DNA from: Candidatus Babeliales bacterium | Lineage (GTDB): Bacteria > Babelota > Babeliae > Babelales > JACPOV01 | Length of the DNA stretch: 64,000 nucleotides | Direction: 5' to 3' | NCBI GenBank assembly: GCA_020054235.1 | Contig: JAGVLQ010000015.1 | Span: 1,033 to 65,032, forward strand | Shown here: positions 8,791 to 22,221 of the stretch, in pieces | Layout: every line of letters starts with the position of its first letter | Position numbering within the stretch: position 1 is the stretch's first letter | Position numbers and translations under genes: made by a program | The notes under the pieces: generated by a model | Seen by the model: the letters and a program-made list of their open reading frames with translations, nothing else | Databases searched by the model: none | What the model was told of the DNA's origin: nothing

Positions 8791-10092
8791 ATGCCTATTA
8801 TTGAAAAAATTGATTCTGAAATTTATAAACAGCGTAGAGAAAAACTTATTTCATTTATCAAGGAGCAGTATCCTAAAGAAAAAAATGGTGTGATTGTTTT
8901 ATTTGCTGATTTTGAAAAAGAATGTTCATCATTTCGCCAAGAGTCATCTTTTTTTTATGTAACTGGGATAGAAGAGCCCGCATGTGCTTTAGTAATTGAT
9001 CTTGCCGAAGACAAAACAATTTTATTTGTTCCAAATTTTGGCAAAGAGCGCCAAAAGTGGATGGCAGATTCTATTTCTGCTGATCAAAATTTAGAACAAA
9101 AATTTGGTGTTGATGCTATTACCTATTTAGGAAATCCGTGTACGGGATATCAGTGTCATCCCTTTTTTACGCACGATGAATATGCACACTTATTACAATT
9201 TTTAGAAACTTGTGTTGTTACAAAAAGAACAATTTTTACGCTCAATCCGGAAAATAAACATGCCTATATTGAGCAGCGTTTTATTTTGCAACGTATTGCA
9301 CAAGTCATTCCTGTATTTCAAACACTTTTGAAAGATATTTCTCCTTTAATTGAAAATATGCGGCGCATAAAAGATGGCAGAGAAATTGAGTTGCTCTATA
9401 AAGCAGTAGATTTGACTATTGATGCTCAATATGTTTTGGCCCCAGAAATTCGACCAGATATCATCGAATATGAATTACAAGGCCTTATTGAATATATGTT
9501 TATTGGCAAAGGTGGTACAACAGCATTTCCAAGTATTGTTGCCAGCGGAAAAAATTCTACAGTTTTACACTATCATCACAACAATAAAAAGCTCAAAGAA
9601 GGGGAATTATTAGTAATTGATATTGGGGCAGAATATAATCATTATTGTGCTGATTTGACACGAACCTATCCTGTTTCAGGAAATTTTACTAAACGGCAGC
9701 GTGAAGTGTACATGGCTGTGCTCGATACCCAAGACTATATTGCTGAAATGGCAAAACCAGGTATGTGGCTTTCTAATCGCGAAAAGCCTGAACAATCATT
9801 GCATCATCTGGCAATTAAATATTTAGCTTCAAAAGGATATGACAAATATTTTATTCATGGTATAGGTCATTTTCTTGGCCTTGAGGTGCATGATGTTGGT
9901 AATTATCAAAAACCTTTAGAGCCTGGTGATGTCATTACTATCGAACCCGGTATTTATATTCCGCAGGAAGAAATTGGCATTCGCATTGAGGATGATTATT
10001 GGATAGTTGAAGATGGTGCTATTTGTTTGAGTGAGCAGTTACCCAAGTATCCAGAAGATATTGAACAAATGATGAAGGATAAAAAAGAATGA
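8791..10092 (+). CDS. pepP: Xaa-Pro aminopeptidase (M24B family)
   Basis: Metal ligands and motifs: VIDIGAEYNHYCADLTRT, HGIGHFLGLEVHD, TIEPGIYIP, GIRIEDD. ATG at 8791 is preferred over the TTG at 8722. Confidence 0.8.
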   Translation: MPIIEKIDSEIYKQRREKLISFIKEQYPKEKNGVIVLFADFEKECSSFRQESSFFYVTGIEEPACALVIDLAEDKTILFVPNFGKERQKWMADSISADQNLEQKFGVDAITYLGNPCTGYQCHPFFTHDEYAHLLQFLETCVVTKRTIFTLNPENKHAYIEQRFILQRIAQVIPVFQTLLKDISPLIENMRRIKDGREIELLYKAVDLTIDAQYVLAPEIRPDIIEYELQGLIEYMFIGKGGTTAFPSIVASGKNSTVLHYHHNNKKLKEGELLVIDIGAEYNHYCADLTRTYPVSGNFTKRQREVYMAVLDTQDYIAEMAKPGMWLSNREKPEQSLHHLAIKYLASKGYDKYFIHGIGHFLGLEVHDVGNYQKPLEPGDVITIEPGIYIPQEEIGIRIEDDYWIVEDGAICLSEQLPKYPEDIEQMMKDKKE

Positions 10093-10137
10093 TTATTCTT
10101 GTCCTTCAAATATTAATGGTTAAATATCTTAATACAA

Positions 10138-11682
10138 TTAAGTGATGCTCTTAAAATAATTTTTGGTATTGTTTAAGAGATATAAACCACCAAGTGATAT
10201 TACTATACCACTTGCAAGAGAAACAGTACTCGAAATCCACCATGGGTACCCAACAAGAATACCTGAAATTATATAAGCTATAATTGTAGCAATAAGCGCT
10301 GGTAAGGCGTATGGTAATTGTGTCCATACGTGATCATCAAGATAAGCGCCAGCGCTTGTAGCAGACATTACGGTTGTTGTTCCTATTGGCGAAACATGAT
10401 CTCCTGCTACTGCGCCAGAAAAAATGGCACCAAGTACAGGGAGAAGCATAGGAACGGAAGTAATACTTGCTGGTGTACTTACGCCAAAAAATGTTGCCAC
10501 CATAGGAACAGCTATAGGTATCATTACGGCAATTGTGCCCCAAGAGGATCCTGTTGCAATTGCAGTTATTAATGAAGCCATAAAAAACATTGAAGGAAGA
10601 AACCATCCTGGTAATGAGCCGAGCAGAAGATGTGCTATATATTGGCCAGTTTGTAAATCATTTTTTAATATACTGCTAAAAGTCCAAGCGAGGAAAAGAA
10701 TCTGAATTGACCCAATCATTAATTCATAACCTTCTATGGCAACCGGTTTTAATTGTTTTGTAGTTATTTTATTGCGCGCCATCATTAAAGCTAAACTTGT
10801 TAAGCAAGAAAAAATACTTCCGACTAAAAAGGCAAAAAATGCATCATGCGAATATAAAAATCCTAAAAATGAGATTATGATTAAGCTGACCAGTGGATAC
10901 ATAAAATCGAATAAGGAGCCACATTTGGGACTTTCCGTGATAGTTGTTTTTTGAGGTTCTTTTCCGCCGAATAAATTTCCAGTTTTTTGTGCAATTTCTT
11001 CATGCGTTCGCATAAGGCCAAACGAAATATTATATTTGATAATAAACCAGACGCTTGTCAAAATTATGAAAGAATAAAATACGTAGGGAATAATCTGTAA
11101 ATATGTCAAAAAGGGGTCAGCATTAAAAATTGGCTTATCGGCAATGACATCAGAAATACCAGCTTTATCAAGTTGCATTAAAAGCATAGCAATCCACGTA
11201 GATACAGGCATTATAATTACTAAAGGCGCTGCTAAAGAATCAATTAAAAAAGCAAGCTTAGCACGAGGAATTTTAAAAGAATCAGTTAATGGTCGCATGA
11301 TGCAGCCAACGGTTAAACAACTAAAAAAGTCATCAATCATAAAAAGTAATGACAATATAATTGATGAAAATTTTGCTGAACGAGCACTTTTTAAAATATT
11401 TTTTATAATGGTTCCATAGGCAGAAGTTCCTCCAGCAGCACTCATTAAGCTTATTATCATGCCCAAGATAATTAAAAAAGCAAATGTATAGAGATTTGAT
11501 GCATCATAAAGTTGTTGCCAAAAATTATGTAAGATAAATAAAACCGTAGACGTGATTTGCCAGTTAGTAACTATAAGAGCAGATGCTACGATACCAATAA
11601 ATAATGAAAAAAGGACACGATGTGTTAATACGGCAAGTCCTAAGACCAAAAGAGGTGGTATGACAACGATCCAATTTTGCAT
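10138..11682 (-). CDS. NhaC-family Na+/H+ antiporter-like polytopic membrane transporter
   Basis: 514 aa, at least 10 hydrophobic segments. N-terminus MQNWIVVIPPLLVLGLAVLTHRVLFSLFIGI and a general NhaC/COG1757-like layout. Family call made by eye only. Confidence 0.6.
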   Translation of the reverse strand: MQNWIVVIPPLLVLGLAVLTHRVLFSLFIGIVASALIVTNWQITSTVLFILHNFWQQLYDASNLYTFAFLIILGMIISLMSAAGGTSAYGTIIKNILKSARSAKFSSIILSLLFMIDDFFSCLTVGCIMRPLTDSFKIPRAKLAFLIDSLAAPLVIIMPVSTWIAMLLMQLDKAGISDVIADKPIFNADPFLTYLQIIPYVFYSFIILTSVWFIIKYNISFGLMRTHEEIAQKTGNLFGGKEPQKTTITESPKCGSLFDFMYPLVSLIIISFLGFLYSHDAFFAFLVGSIFSCLTSLALMMARNKITTKQLKPVAIEGYELMIGSIQILFLAWTFSSILKNDLQTGQYIAHLLLGSLPGWFLPSMFFMASLITAIATGSSWGTIAVMIPIAVPMVATFFGVSTPASITSVPMLLPVLGAIFSGAVAGDHVSPIGTTTVMSATSAGAYLDDHVWTQLPYALPALIATIIAYIISGILVGYPWWISSTVSLASGIVISLGGLYLLNNTKNYFKSIT

Positions 11683-11929
11683 AAAATTCCTCGGCTTTTA
11701 TTGTTTTTAGAATAAATTTATTATAGCAAAAAACAAGACGGTATTGAACCTTTCAATCTGAAAATTTAAGTGAAGGGTATTCATAGAGCATGTGATTATA
11801 TCTGTCCAAGATTAATTTCATTTTAAGAGGTAATTTGACCGAGTTCTAAAATTCGGCTACCATATAGAGTATCCGTTTCGTTTTTAAGAATCGTAAAAAT
11901 TTACTAAAGAATCGATGTAATTAAGGATC

Positions 11930-12355
11930 ATGATGGACTTCAATCGAGCATTTTTTCTCAAAAAAGAAGATAGAAAGCCTCGCTGGATAGTAATAGATGC
12001 CCAGGACAAGGTTTTGGGTCGTATGGCAACTGAAATTGCTGACGTTTTGCGTGGTAAGCATAAGCCAACATATACTCCTCATCAAGATGCCGGAGATTAT
12101 GTAGTAGTTATTAATGCTCAAGAAGTTAAATTAACTGGTAACAAGTGGAAGGGCAAAATTTACGACCGTTACACTGGTTGGATGGGTGGCTATAAAACTA
12201 TGACAGCAGAAGAAATGATGGCAAAGCATCCTACTCAGATTATTGAACTTGCCGTAAAGCGTATGCTTCCAAAAAGTAAGCTTGGTCGTGCGATGATTAA
12301 AAAATTAAAAGTTTATTTGACATCTGAGCACCCTCATAAGGCACAAGTCTTATAA
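11930..12355 (+). CDS. rplM: 50S ribosomal protein L13
   Basis: [48 protein letters not shown]. The second ATG at 11933 has better spacing to AAGGA. Confidence 0.93.
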   Translation: MMDFNRAFFLKKEDRKPRWIVIDAQDKVLGRMATEIADVLRGKHKPTYTPHQDAGDYVVVINAQEVKLTGNKWKGKIYDRYTGWMGGYKTMTAEEMMAKHPTQIIELAVKRMLPKSKLGRAMIKKLKVYLTSEHPHKAQVL

Positions 12356-12380
12356 TTTTTATAACTTAAAAATTATAAAA

Positions 12381-12409
12381 GGGGCAGCATTCAAATGCTG
12401 CCCCTTTTT
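12381..12409. terminator. Rho-independent terminator between convergent rplM and rseP
   Basis: GGGGCAGCAT (12381-12390), loop TCAA, ATGCTGCCCC (12395-12404), T5. A4 on the other side. Confidence 0.8.
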
Positions 12410-12442
12410 CATTGCTATAATTTTATAAAAAAATGGCTGTAT

Positions 12443-13543
12443 TTATTTTGTCCAGAAAATTCTCAAAACGTCTTTGATGCTCAAGAAAATGGTTAAAGCA
12501 ATGACGCCAAACCAGCAGGCATAATGAATGTAAATTTTTATCTGTTCTGCAAGCGGTCGGCGAATAATTGCTTCAATAGTATAAAAAAGGGCTTGCCCAC
12601 CATCCATTATTGGGACGGGAATAAGATTTAAAACTGCCAAATTAATACTGATATAAGCGAGCAACAGGAGGAATATTTTAACTCCCTTTGAAGCTCCTTG
12701 TACTGTTTGAGAAATTACCATAAGGGGTCCACCTAAATTTTCCGTATTTCCCTTGGTAAAAATTGTTTTAAATACACTAAATACTTGTAAGATAATTTCA
12801 TTGGTAGCATAGAAGCCCATTTTAATGGAGTCAATGAGGCTATAATGCGGTATTTCAAAATCTAATCCAAGATAGCCGAATGATTTTTTATTGATAGTTC
12901 GCTCGCCGAGAGTAATTTCAAGCAGGCTTTCAGTATTATTTTTGTTTACTAAAAGCTGAACAGTTTGATTTGGTTTGTCTTTGATATATTCAATTAATTT
13001 TACGGGATTTTCTCCTAATGAATTGCCATTAATTTGAATGATTTTATCATTTTTTTGGATGCCAGCTTTGTCTGCTGGAGAATTAGGTTCAACGGCACTA
13101 ATAACCGTTGAAGCGTTTTGAGGATAGAGAGGAGCAGCTTTAGGCATACCTATAAAGTAAAGAAGGGAAAGAACAGCATAGGCAAAAATAAGATTAAAAA
13201 AAATTCCACCTCCAATAACGAGCATTTTTTGATAATATGGTTTTTCAGCAAAGGAGTTAGGATCGGGAGTTTCGTTACCTTGTTCATCAGATTCTTGACC
13301 CTTGATTTCAACATAGCCGCCTAGAGGTATAGCTGAAAGGGAAAAGTTAGTATCACCTATTTTTTTAGTGACCAGTTTTGGGCCCATGCCAATGGAAAAA
13401 GTTGGTGTACCTATTTTAAAAATTTTACAAAAGATAAAATGGCCAAATTCATGAAACCCTATGAGAAATCCAATCCCCATGACGCCAATAATGATAAAAA
13501 AAAGATTAGAAAGACCCCCAACAATAGCTGCAAAAATTGCCAT
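12443..13543 (-). CDS. rseP: RIP zinc metalloprotease RseP (M50 site-2 protease with PDZ domain)
   Basis: HEFGHFIFCK (HExxH), PDZ-like EPNSPADKAGIQKNDKIIQING, C-terminal LNLIPVPIMDGG. Confidence 0.88.
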   Translation of the reverse strand: MAIFAAIVGGLSNLFFIIIGVMGIGFLIGFHEFGHFIFCKIFKIGTPTFSIGMGPKLVTKKIGDTNFSLSAIPLGGYVEIKGQESDEQGNETPDPNSFAEKPYYQKMLVIGGGIFFNLIFAYAVLSLLYFIGMPKAAPLYPQNASTVISAVEPNSPADKAGIQKNDKIIQINGNSLGENPVKLIEYIKDKPNQTVQLLVNKNNTESLLEITLGERTINKKSFGYLGLDFEIPHYSLIDSIKMGFYATNEIILQVFSVFKTIFTKGNTENLGGPLMVISQTVQGASKGVKIFLLLLAYISINLAVLNLIPVPIMDGGQALFYTIEAIIRRPLAEQIKIYIHYACWFGVIALTIFLSIKDVLRIFWTK

Positions 13544-13678
13544 GAGTACTCCTTTAGAGCAAGTTTAGTTATTTACCTATTTGAATTATTTAAATATGAG
13601 ATAGTCTTTAACGTATCATGTATAGAAAGAATCGTCTATTGAACAGAGAAGAATTTTCAATTTTATGTTCAATTCCAC

Positions 13679-13706
13679 TTGAAAAATTTTCTAAAAACAC
13701 TAAAAT
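13679..13706 (+). promoter_or_regulatory. putative promoter of the str/S10/spc/alpha supercluster
   Basis: TTGAAA (13679-13684), 16-nt spacer, TAAAAT (13701-13706). About 127 nt upstream of the rpsL ATG. Confidence 0.3.
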
Positions 13707-13833
13707 ACTAATAAACCCTTAAAAAATTCAAGGTTTATCCCTCGTTTTTTCAGAAAGAAGAGTGATTTAAGCAGCTCAGGTTGAGTTCGCCAAAAAGTTT
13801 TTTATAAAAATTCAAAATTAGGATTTTTTTACT

Positions 13834-14205
13834 ATGCCAACAACTAATCAGCTTTCTTATAAAGGCCGAACAAAAGTTACTTATAAATCTAAAAGCCCTG
13901 CCCTCAAGGGAGCCCCTCAGTCTAGAGGTGTTTGTGTGCGTGTATTCACGACAACGCCAAAAAAGCCTAACTCAGCGTTGCGTAAGGTAGCGCGCGTTAA
14001 ACTTTCTACTGGGATCGAAGTAACAGCCTATATTCCTGGCGAAGGACATAACCTTCAGGAACACTCTGTTGTTTTGGTGCGTGGTGGTAGAGTGCCAGAT
14101 TTGCCTGGTGTAAAGTACCATATAGTTCGTGGTGCTTTAGATTGTGCCGGTGTAGAAAATAGAAAGCAAGCTCGTTCCATGTATGGAACTAAACGACCAA
14201 AGTAA
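13834..14205 (+). CDS. rpsL: 30S ribosomal protein S12
   Basis: [38 protein letters not shown]. Confidence 0.97.
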   Translation: MPTTNQLSYKGRTKVTYKSKSPALKGAPQSRGVCVRVFTTTPKKPNSALRKVARVKLSTGIEVTAYIPGEGHNLQEHSVVLVRGGRVPDLPGVKYHIVRGALDCAGVENRKQARSMYGTKRPK

Positions 14206-14226
14206 TCTGACGGAAGGTGTTATTCA

Positions 14227-14712
14227 ATGGCTCGACGAAAAAAAGTAACTACGTATCGACGTGATATTGGTGTAGATGAGCGTTATGGCTCAGAATTAAT
14301 ACAAAAATTTATCAATGTTGTAATGTGGCGAGGAAAAAAAAATATAGCTCGCAACATTGTCTATGATGCCCTTGACCAATTAATAAAAAAGGCGGGTGGA
14401 GACAAGGAAAAAGGTCTTAAATTTTTCCATGACGCCTTCAATCAAGTTATCCCTTCAGTGGAAGTGCGAGCTCGAAGAGTAGGCGGCAGTGTTTATCAAA
14501 TTCCTATGGAAGTTGAAACAGGCCGAGCGCGTTCTTTAGCTATGCGTTGGCTTATCCAGGCAGCAGCAACTCGCTCAGATAAAACTATGGGAATGCGTTT
14601 GGCATATGAACTTCTTGAAGCAAAAGAAGGCCGAGGCAATGCCGTAAAGAAAAAAATTGATGTTCATAAAATGGCAGAAGCGAACCGTGCGTTCTCCCAT
14701 TATGCTTGGTAA
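14227..14712 (+). CDS. rpsG: 30S ribosomal protein S7
   Basis: FINVVMWRGKKNIA, VEVRARRVGGSVYQIPMEV, ANRAFSHYAW. Confidence 0.97.
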   Translation: MARRKKVTTYRRDIGVDERYGSELIQKFINVVMWRGKKNIARNIVYDALDQLIKKAGGDKEKGLKFFHDAFNQVIPSVEVRARRVGGSVYQIPMEVETGRARSLAMRWLIQAAATRSDKTMGMRLAYELLEAKEGRGNAVKKKIDVHKMAEANRAFSHYAW

Positions 14713-14740
14713 TTGAATTTTGAATTAAAGGTGATAATAA

Positions 14741-16807
<2,067 letters not shown>

Positions 16808-16860
16808 AAAATTGTTATTGTTGATTTTTGTTGATACAAACAAGTATTGGGAGTTAATCC

Positions 16861-18051
16861 ATGGCAAAAGAGAAATTTGAGAGAAAAAAGCCGCATGTTA
16901 ATGTCGGAACCATCGGTCACGTTGACCATGGTAAAACTACATTAACCGCTGCAATTACCACGCATCAGTCCAAAAAAGGTTTAGCATCGGCTAAAGCATT
17001 TGATGAGATTGATAATGCGCCAGAAGAAAAAGCACGTGGTATTACTATTGCTACTTCGCACGTTGAATATGAATCACCGAAACGCCATTATGCACACGTT
17101 GACTGTCCTGGACATGCTGACTATGTAAAAAATATGATTACTGGTGCTGCGCAAATGGACGGAGCAATTCTTGTGGTATCTGCGGCAGATGGTGCGATGC
17201 CTCAAACACGTGAACATATTCTTCTTGCAAGAAACGTAGGTGTGCCTGCAATTGTTGTATTCCTTAACAAATCAGACATGGTTGATGATCCAGAAATGAT
17301 CGACATGGTTGAAGAAGAAGTTCGTGAATTATTGAATAAGTATGGTTTTCCTGGCGATAAAATTCCATTTATTCGTGGATCTGCGCTTAAAGCTTTACAG
17401 GGTGACACAGGTGAATTAGGTGGACCTTCTATAGACAGATTAATGGAAGCTCTCGATTCCTATATTCCTGAGCCAGCTCGTGAAATTGAAAAGCCGTTCT
17501 TGATGCCTGTCGAAGCTGTTTTTTCTATATCAGGTCGTGGTACTGTTTCTACTGGTCGTATAGAGCGCGGTAAAGTTAAAATTGGCGATGAAGTTGAAAT
17601 CGTTGGTTTTGGTACAAAAATGAAAACCACAGTAACTGGCGTTGAGATGTTCAGAAAAGAAATGACTGATGCTCAAGCAGGTGACAATGTTGGTCTTCTT
17701 TTGCGTGGTGTAAAAAAAGAAGAAATCGAACGTGGTATGGTTATTTCAGCACCTGGCTCCATTACACCTCACCAAAAATTTAAATGCCAAGTTTATATTT
17801 TGAGTAAAGATGAAGGTGGCAGACATAGTCCATTCTTTAATGGTTATCGTCCACAGTTTTATTTTAGAACAACGGATGTAACTGGCGTTGTTACACTTCC
17901 ACAGGGCCGAGAAATGGTTATGCCTGGTGATAACGTTGAATTATCAGTGGATTTGATAGCGCCAATTGCTATGGAAAAAGATCTTCGCTTCTCTATTCGT
18001 GAAGGCGGAAGAACTGTTGGTTCTGGTGTTGTAACTGAAATTATTAAATAA
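16861..18051 (+). CDS. tuf: translation elongation factor Tu
   Basis: [31 protein letters not shown], 396 aa. Confidence 0.98.
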   Translation: MAKEKFERKKPHVNVGTIGHVDHGKTTLTAAITTHQSKKGLASAKAFDEIDNAPEEKARGITIATSHVEYESPKRHYAHVDCPGHADYVKNMITGAAQMDGAILVVSAADGAMPQTREHILLARNVGVPAIVVFLNKSDMVDDPEMIDMVEEEVRELLNKYGFPGDKIPFIRGSALKALQGDTGELGGPSIDRLMEALDSYIPEPAREIEKPFLMPVEAVFSISGRGTVSTGRIERGKVKIGDEVEIVGFGTKMKTTVTGVEMFRKEMTDAQAGDNVGLLLRGVKKEEIERGMVISAPGSITPHQKFKCQVYILSKDEGGRHSPFFNGYRPQFYFRTTDVTGVVTLPQGREMVMPGDNVELSVDLIAPIAMEKDLRFSIREGGRTVGSGVVTEIIK

Positions 18052-18066
18052 GGTAGGTTAGGTTTT

Positions 18067-18372
18067 ATGAAAAAGCACAAAATTCGCTTGTCATTAAAAT
18101 CGTACGATCATCAGTTACTCGATAAAGCAGTAAAACAAATTGTTTTAACAGTAAAAAGAACAGGTTCTGAAATTGTAGGACCTGTTCCTTTACCTAATCG
18201 CAATCAGATATTTACTGTTTTACGATCACCTCATGTGGACAAGAAATCAAGAGAACAATTTGCATTAACAACACATAAACGTATTCTTGATATCGTTTCT
18301 CCATCTGATCAAACTATGGATGCTCTGATGAAATTAAATATTTCATCAGGAGTAGATGTAGAAATAAGTTAA
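18067..18372 (+). CDS. rpsJ: 30S ribosomal protein S10
   Basis: [36 protein letters not shown]. Confidence 0.96.
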   Translation: MKKHKIRLSLKSYDHQLLDKAVKQIVLTVKRTGSEIVGPVPLPNRNQIFTVLRSPHVDKKSREQFALTTHKRILDIVSPSDQTMDALMKLNISSGVDVEIS

Positions 18373-18388
18373 GTACGAAAGGTCTTAA

Positions 18389-19012
18389 ATGTTAAGCGGT
18401 GTATGGGGAAAAAAGATTGGCATGACTCAGGTTTTTTCAGAGAAAAACATGGTAGTTCCAGTCACCGTAATTGATCTTAATAATTGGTATGTCACTCAGA
18501 TAAAAACAAAAGAACTTGATGGTTATGATGCTATTCAAGTAGGGTGCTTACGAAATAAATATACTAATAAAACTTTCTCCCGTGATTGGTTAAAAGATGC
18601 TAAGGAGTATTTTAGTTTTATTAAAGAAATTAAGTTGGAAAAACAGCCAGAGCAAGCTTTAGAAATTGGACAAACATTAGATATTTCTTCAATTTTAACT
18701 CCTGGAAAAAATGTTAACGTATTTGGCATTACAAAGGGCCGCGGTTTTCAAGGTGTTATAAAGCGCCATGGCTTTCGTGGTGGTCCAGCAAGTCATGGAC
18801 CCAGATTCGGAAGATGGCCTGGTACCGTAAGTTTCATGCGTTCTCAGGGTAGAGTTATAAAAGGTAAAAAACTTCCGGGGCATATGGGTGTTGATCAACG
18901 AGTAATGAAGAACTTGGAAATTGTAAAAATAGAAAATGAAGCAAAAATTGCTTTAATAAAGGGTAGCGTCCCTGGCAGTTCTGGTTCATTAGTATTTATG
19001 CAGAAAGCGTGA
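18389..19012 (+). CDS. rplC: 50S ribosomal protein L3
   Basis: [25 protein letters not shown], gene order. Confidence 0.95.
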   Translation: MLSGVWGKKIGMTQVFSEKNMVVPVTVIDLNNWYVTQIKTKELDGYDAIQVGCLRNKYTNKTFSRDWLKDAKEYFSFIKEIKLEKQPEQALEIGQTLDISSILTPGKNVNVFGITKGRGFQGVIKRHGFRGGPASHGPRFGRWPGTVSFMRSQGRVIKGKKLPGHMGVDQRVMKNLEIVKIENEAKIALIKGSVPGSSGSLVFMQKA

Positions 19013-19016
19013 TGCC

Positions 19017-19658
19017 ATGAGAACCCAAAAAAACAATAAAAACTCATCAATGGTGCAGGTAATGCCTGTTGATATTAAAAATGATGTTCCTGAGCGCAAA
19101 GTTTCATCCACTGCTTTTTCTACAGTGGTTCGTCAATTACTTTTAAATTGGCGACAAGGAACTGTGGGTTGTAAGACTAGAGCCGAAGTAAGCCTCTCTG
19201 GCAAAAAGCCGTGGAAGCAAAAGGGAACAGGTAGGGCTCGCGCAGGTACAGCACGTTCTCCTTTATGGAGAGGTGGAGGAATTGTTTTTGGTCCTCAGCC
19301 AAGAACAAGAACCTTAAAAGTACCTAAAAGTTTAAGACGTGGAGTTTTAAACTCATTGCTTTGCGAAGCATTGGAAATGGGAAATATTCTTGCTTTAAAT
19401 TGGGTTCTTGATTCGAAGATACCTAAAACAGCATCCGCTTTTGGTGCTTTAAAAGAAGCAGGCTTGCATAATCAAAATATTTTGTTGCTATTACCTGTTG
19501 AAGATAGTTTGCATTATGCTTCATTTGCGAACATACCTACCGTTAATGTTAAGTTTTTTGATGAAGTTAATGCTTATGATTTAGCTTTGGCTGATAAATG
19601 GGTTGTATTAACAAAAGATATGGAAGCATTTAAAGAAATGGTGGCCAAATGGATTTAA
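19017..19658 (+). CDS. rplD: 50S ribosomal protein L4
   Basis: [30 protein letters not shown]. Confidence 0.95.
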   Translation: MRTQKNNKNSSMVQVMPVDIKNDVPERKVSSTAFSTVVRQLLLNWRQGTVGCKTRAEVSLSGKKPWKQKGTGRARAGTARSPLWRGGGIVFGPQPRTRTLKVPKSLRRGVLNSLLCEALEMGNILALNWVLDSKIPKTASAFGALKEAGLHNQNILLLLPVEDSLHYASFANIPTVNVKFFDEVNAYDLALADKWVVLTKDMEAFKEMVAKWI

Positions 19659-19978
19659 CAATTTATGATATCATTCGAGGACCGGTACTTACTGAAAAAG
19701 CTTCTAAAATTATTAATAAGCTAAATAAGGTAGTTTTAAAAGTACATCAAAAGGCGAATAAACCTATGATAAAAGAAGCTTTAGAAAAGCTGTTCAATGT
19801 AAAAGTTGAAAATGTTAGGGTAATAAATCGCAAGGGAAAAAAACGGTCTTTTAAAAGAATTGAAGCTGTTGGGTCAACAGAGAAGCGGGCTATTATTACA
19901 TTAAAAGAAGGTTATTCATTAACCATGGCAGGCACTGGTGCTCCTGTAGAGACAACTATGCCTAGTGAATCGAAATGA
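19649..19978 (+). CDS. rplW: 50S ribosomal protein L23
   Basis: [12 protein letters not shown], gene order. Overlaps the rplD end by 10 nt. Confidence 0.93.
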   Translation: MDLTIYDIIRGPVLTEKASKIINKLNKVVLKVHQKANKPMIKEALEKLFNVKVENVRVINRKGKKRSFKRIEAVGSTEKRAIITLKEGYSLTMAGTGAPVETTMPSESK

Positions 19979-20006
19979 TACAAGAGAAATAGACAATAGG
20001 AAAAAG

Positions 20007-20825
20007 ATGGCAATACGAACAAGAAAACCCCGAAATCCCTCATTAAGATTTCAGAGTTTTTTAACGTCTGAAGATATAACCAGTACCACTCCTGAAAAAT
20101 CACTGGTTATTGGATTAAAGAAACGGGGTGGTAGAAATGTGTATGGTCGTATTACAACTCGACATCGCGGTGGTGGTGCACAACGCAAATATCGTATAAT
20201 TGATTTTAATCGTAAAGTGCATGATGTTCCTGGAAAAATAACAACTATCGAGTATGATCCTAACCGTAATGTACGGATAGGTTTGGTAGTATATGCCAAT
20301 GGAGCAAAATGTTATATGTTATTACCCGAAGCGTTGAGGGTTGGTGATAACGTATATGCAGGGTTAAATGTAGAACCAAAAATTGGAAATGCATTACCTC
20401 TTTCTAGTATTCCTGTAGGCTTTATGGTTCATAATATTGAAATTTCACCAGGATCTGGAGGAAAGTTGGTTCGTAGTGCCGGCATGTCAGCCCAAATTAT
20501 GGCTAAAGAAGGTGAATATGTAACATTAAAAATGCCTTCTGGTGAAATTCGAATGCTCCATAAAAATTGTTGGGCTACTATTGGTGTACTTGGAAATGCT
20601 GATTTTCAGAATATTATCATCGGAAAAGCTGGACGCACTCGTAATCGTGGTATTAGGCCAACGGTACGTGGTATGGCTATGAATCCTGTAGATCATCCAC
20701 ATGGTGGAGGTGAAGGTCGTTCTAAGTCAGGATCTCATCCGGTTTCCCCTTGGGGTAAAGGTGCAAAAGGTACTCGTACACGTACCCGTAAAAATCCTTT
20801 GATTATCAGAAGACGAAAAAAATAA
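20007..20825 (+). CDS. rplB: 50S ribosomal protein L2
   Basis: MAIRTRKPRNPSLRF, MNPVDHPHGGGEGRS. ATG 20007 (AGGAAAAAG upstream) is preferred over ORF-track 19965, which overlaps rplW. Confidence 0.95.
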   Translation: MAIRTRKPRNPSLRFQSFLTSEDITSTTPEKSLVIGLKKRGGRNVYGRITTRHRGGGAQRKYRIIDFNRKVHDVPGKITTIEYDPNRNVRIGLVVYANGAKCYMLLPEALRVGDNVYAGLNVEPKIGNALPLSSIPVGFMVHNIEISPGSGGKLVRSAGMSAQIMAKEGEYVTLKMPSGEIRMLHKNCWATIGVLGNADFQNIIIGKAGRTRNRGIRPTVRGMAMNPVDHPHGGGEGRSKSGSHPVSPWGKGAKGTRTRTRKNPLIIRRRKK

Positions 20826-20849
20826 ATAATTAGATAAAGTGAGTCTCCA

Positions 20850-21131
20850 ATGGCTAGATCGATTAAAAAAGGTCCATTTGTTGATGAATCTCTTTTGAAT
20901 AAAATTGAGAAATTAAAGACAAGTGGCAAACGCGATGTTATTAAAACGTGGTCGCGTAGAAGCATGGTTATTCCTGATTTTGTTGGGTTAACTATTGCAG
21001 TTCATAATGGCAAGAAGTTTGTGCCTGTGTATATTACAGAAAACATGGTTGGGCATTATTTGGGTGAATTTGCTCCTACAAGGACTTTTAAATTACATAG
21101 TGGGCAACGCAAGGCTGTTGTTGCTACCTAA
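20850..21131 (+). CDS. rpsS: 30S ribosomal protein S19
   Basis: [39 protein letters not shown]. Confidence 0.97.
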   Translation: MARSIKKGPFVDESLLNKIEKLKTSGKRDVIKTWSRRSMVIPDFVGLTIAVHNGKKFVPVYITENMVGHYLGEFAPTRTFKLHSGQRKAVVAT

Positions 21132-21218
21132 CTTCAAATTGGATACAATAATAAGATAAGTTAGGGCTTTTAACTAGAAAATGCAAAATAAATATAGAGC
21201 TTTTGAACAAGGAAAAAA

Positions 21219-21557
21219 ATGCAGTTTGTGGCAAAGACAAAATTTGTACGATATTCACCTTATAAATTAAGACCTTTAGCTGATTTTGTTCGTGGTAAAG
21301 GAGCGGTTACCGCGCTTGATTGGCTTCGTGCTCACGAAAATCAAAGAGTAAGACCTATCAGGAAAATGATTGAATCAGCTGTTGCCAATGCAAAAAATCT
21401 TAAAAATTCAAAAGCTGAAGATCTCATTATTAAAGAAATACGCATAGATCAAGGTCCTATTTTTCGCTATTACAAAGCTGGTGCGATGGGTAGAGCTACG
21501 ATTCAACGTAAACGGTTTAGTCATTTAAGTGTAATTTTGGAAGGTAAAGAGGTTTAG
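21219..21557 (+). CDS. rplV: 50S ribosomal protein L22
   Basis: KFVRYSPYKLRPLADFVRGK, gene order. Confidence 0.94.
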   Translation: MQFVAKTKFVRYSPYKLRPLADFVRGKGAVTALDWLRAHENQRVRPIRKMIESAVANAKNLKNSKAEDLIIKEIRIDQGPIFRYYKAGAMGRATIQRKRFSHLSVILEGKEV

Positions 21558-21558
21558 T

Positions 21559-22191
21559 GTGGGACAAAAAGTTAATCCAGTTGGTTTTCGAGTAGGTGTT
21601 TATCGAGATTGGTTGGCCCATTGGTTTGCCAGAAAATCCTATGGGAAAAATCTATTAGAAGATTTATCAATTAGAAAGTATTTGAATCGTGTTCTTGATG
21701 AAGCTGAAGTTGGGAAAGTTGAAATTGAAAAAGCTGGAGATAATGTAAAAGTTGTTGTTCATTCAGCACGCCCTGGTTTGGTTATCGGAAAAAAAGGACA
21801 AGATATTGAGCAATTGCGAAAAGATCTAAGTAAGCTTACTGGTCGCAAAAGTGTAGAAGTTTCTGTTCAGGAAGTAAAGACACCTGAATTAGACGCTATA
21901 GTTGTTGCCAAAAATATAGCTTCTCAATTAGAAAAGCGTGCAAATTTTAAACTTGTAATGAAAAAAGCTGCTAGTACAGCCATGAAAAGTGGAGCTAAAG
22001 GCATTAAAATTCGTTGTTCCGGCCGATTAGGAGGAGCTGAAATTGCTCGTGAAGAGTGGACTCGAATTGGGGCTATACCTCTTCACACCCTTAGATCTGA
22101 TATTGATTATGGATTTGCACAAGCAAAAACAACGTATGGGATTATAGGTGTTAAGGTTTGGATTTGTCGCGGTGAATTTCCCGTTGTTTAA
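21559..22191 (+). CDS. rpsC: 30S ribosomal protein S3 (GTG start)
   Basis: GQKVNPVGFRVG, KH domain GLVIGKKGQDIEQL, GRLGGAEIAR. Confidence 0.96.
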   Translation: MGQKVNPVGFRVGVYRDWLAHWFARKSYGKNLLEDLSIRKYLNRVLDEAEVGKVEIEKAGDNVKVVVHSARPGLVIGKKGQDIEQLRKDLSKLTGRKSVEVSVQEVKTPELDAIVVAKNIASQLEKRANFKLVMKKAASTAMKSGAKGIKIRCSGRLGGAEIAREEWTRIGAIPLHTLRSDIDYGFAQAKTTYGIIGVKVWICRGEFPVV

Positions 22192-22221
22192 TTGCAAGCT
22201 ACCTGAGATGAGAGAAAAATT

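Noticed and set aside
10318-10705. Cluster of 84-93-aa ORFs on both strands inside the NhaC-like gene (10318-10572, 10337-10606, 10424-10705; also 10736-10954 and 11144-11419)
   Set aside because: All are nested in a long, well-supported membrane-protein ORF. Their products are low-complexity (Cys/Arg/Asn-rich) with no RBS. They are typical shadow ORFs.
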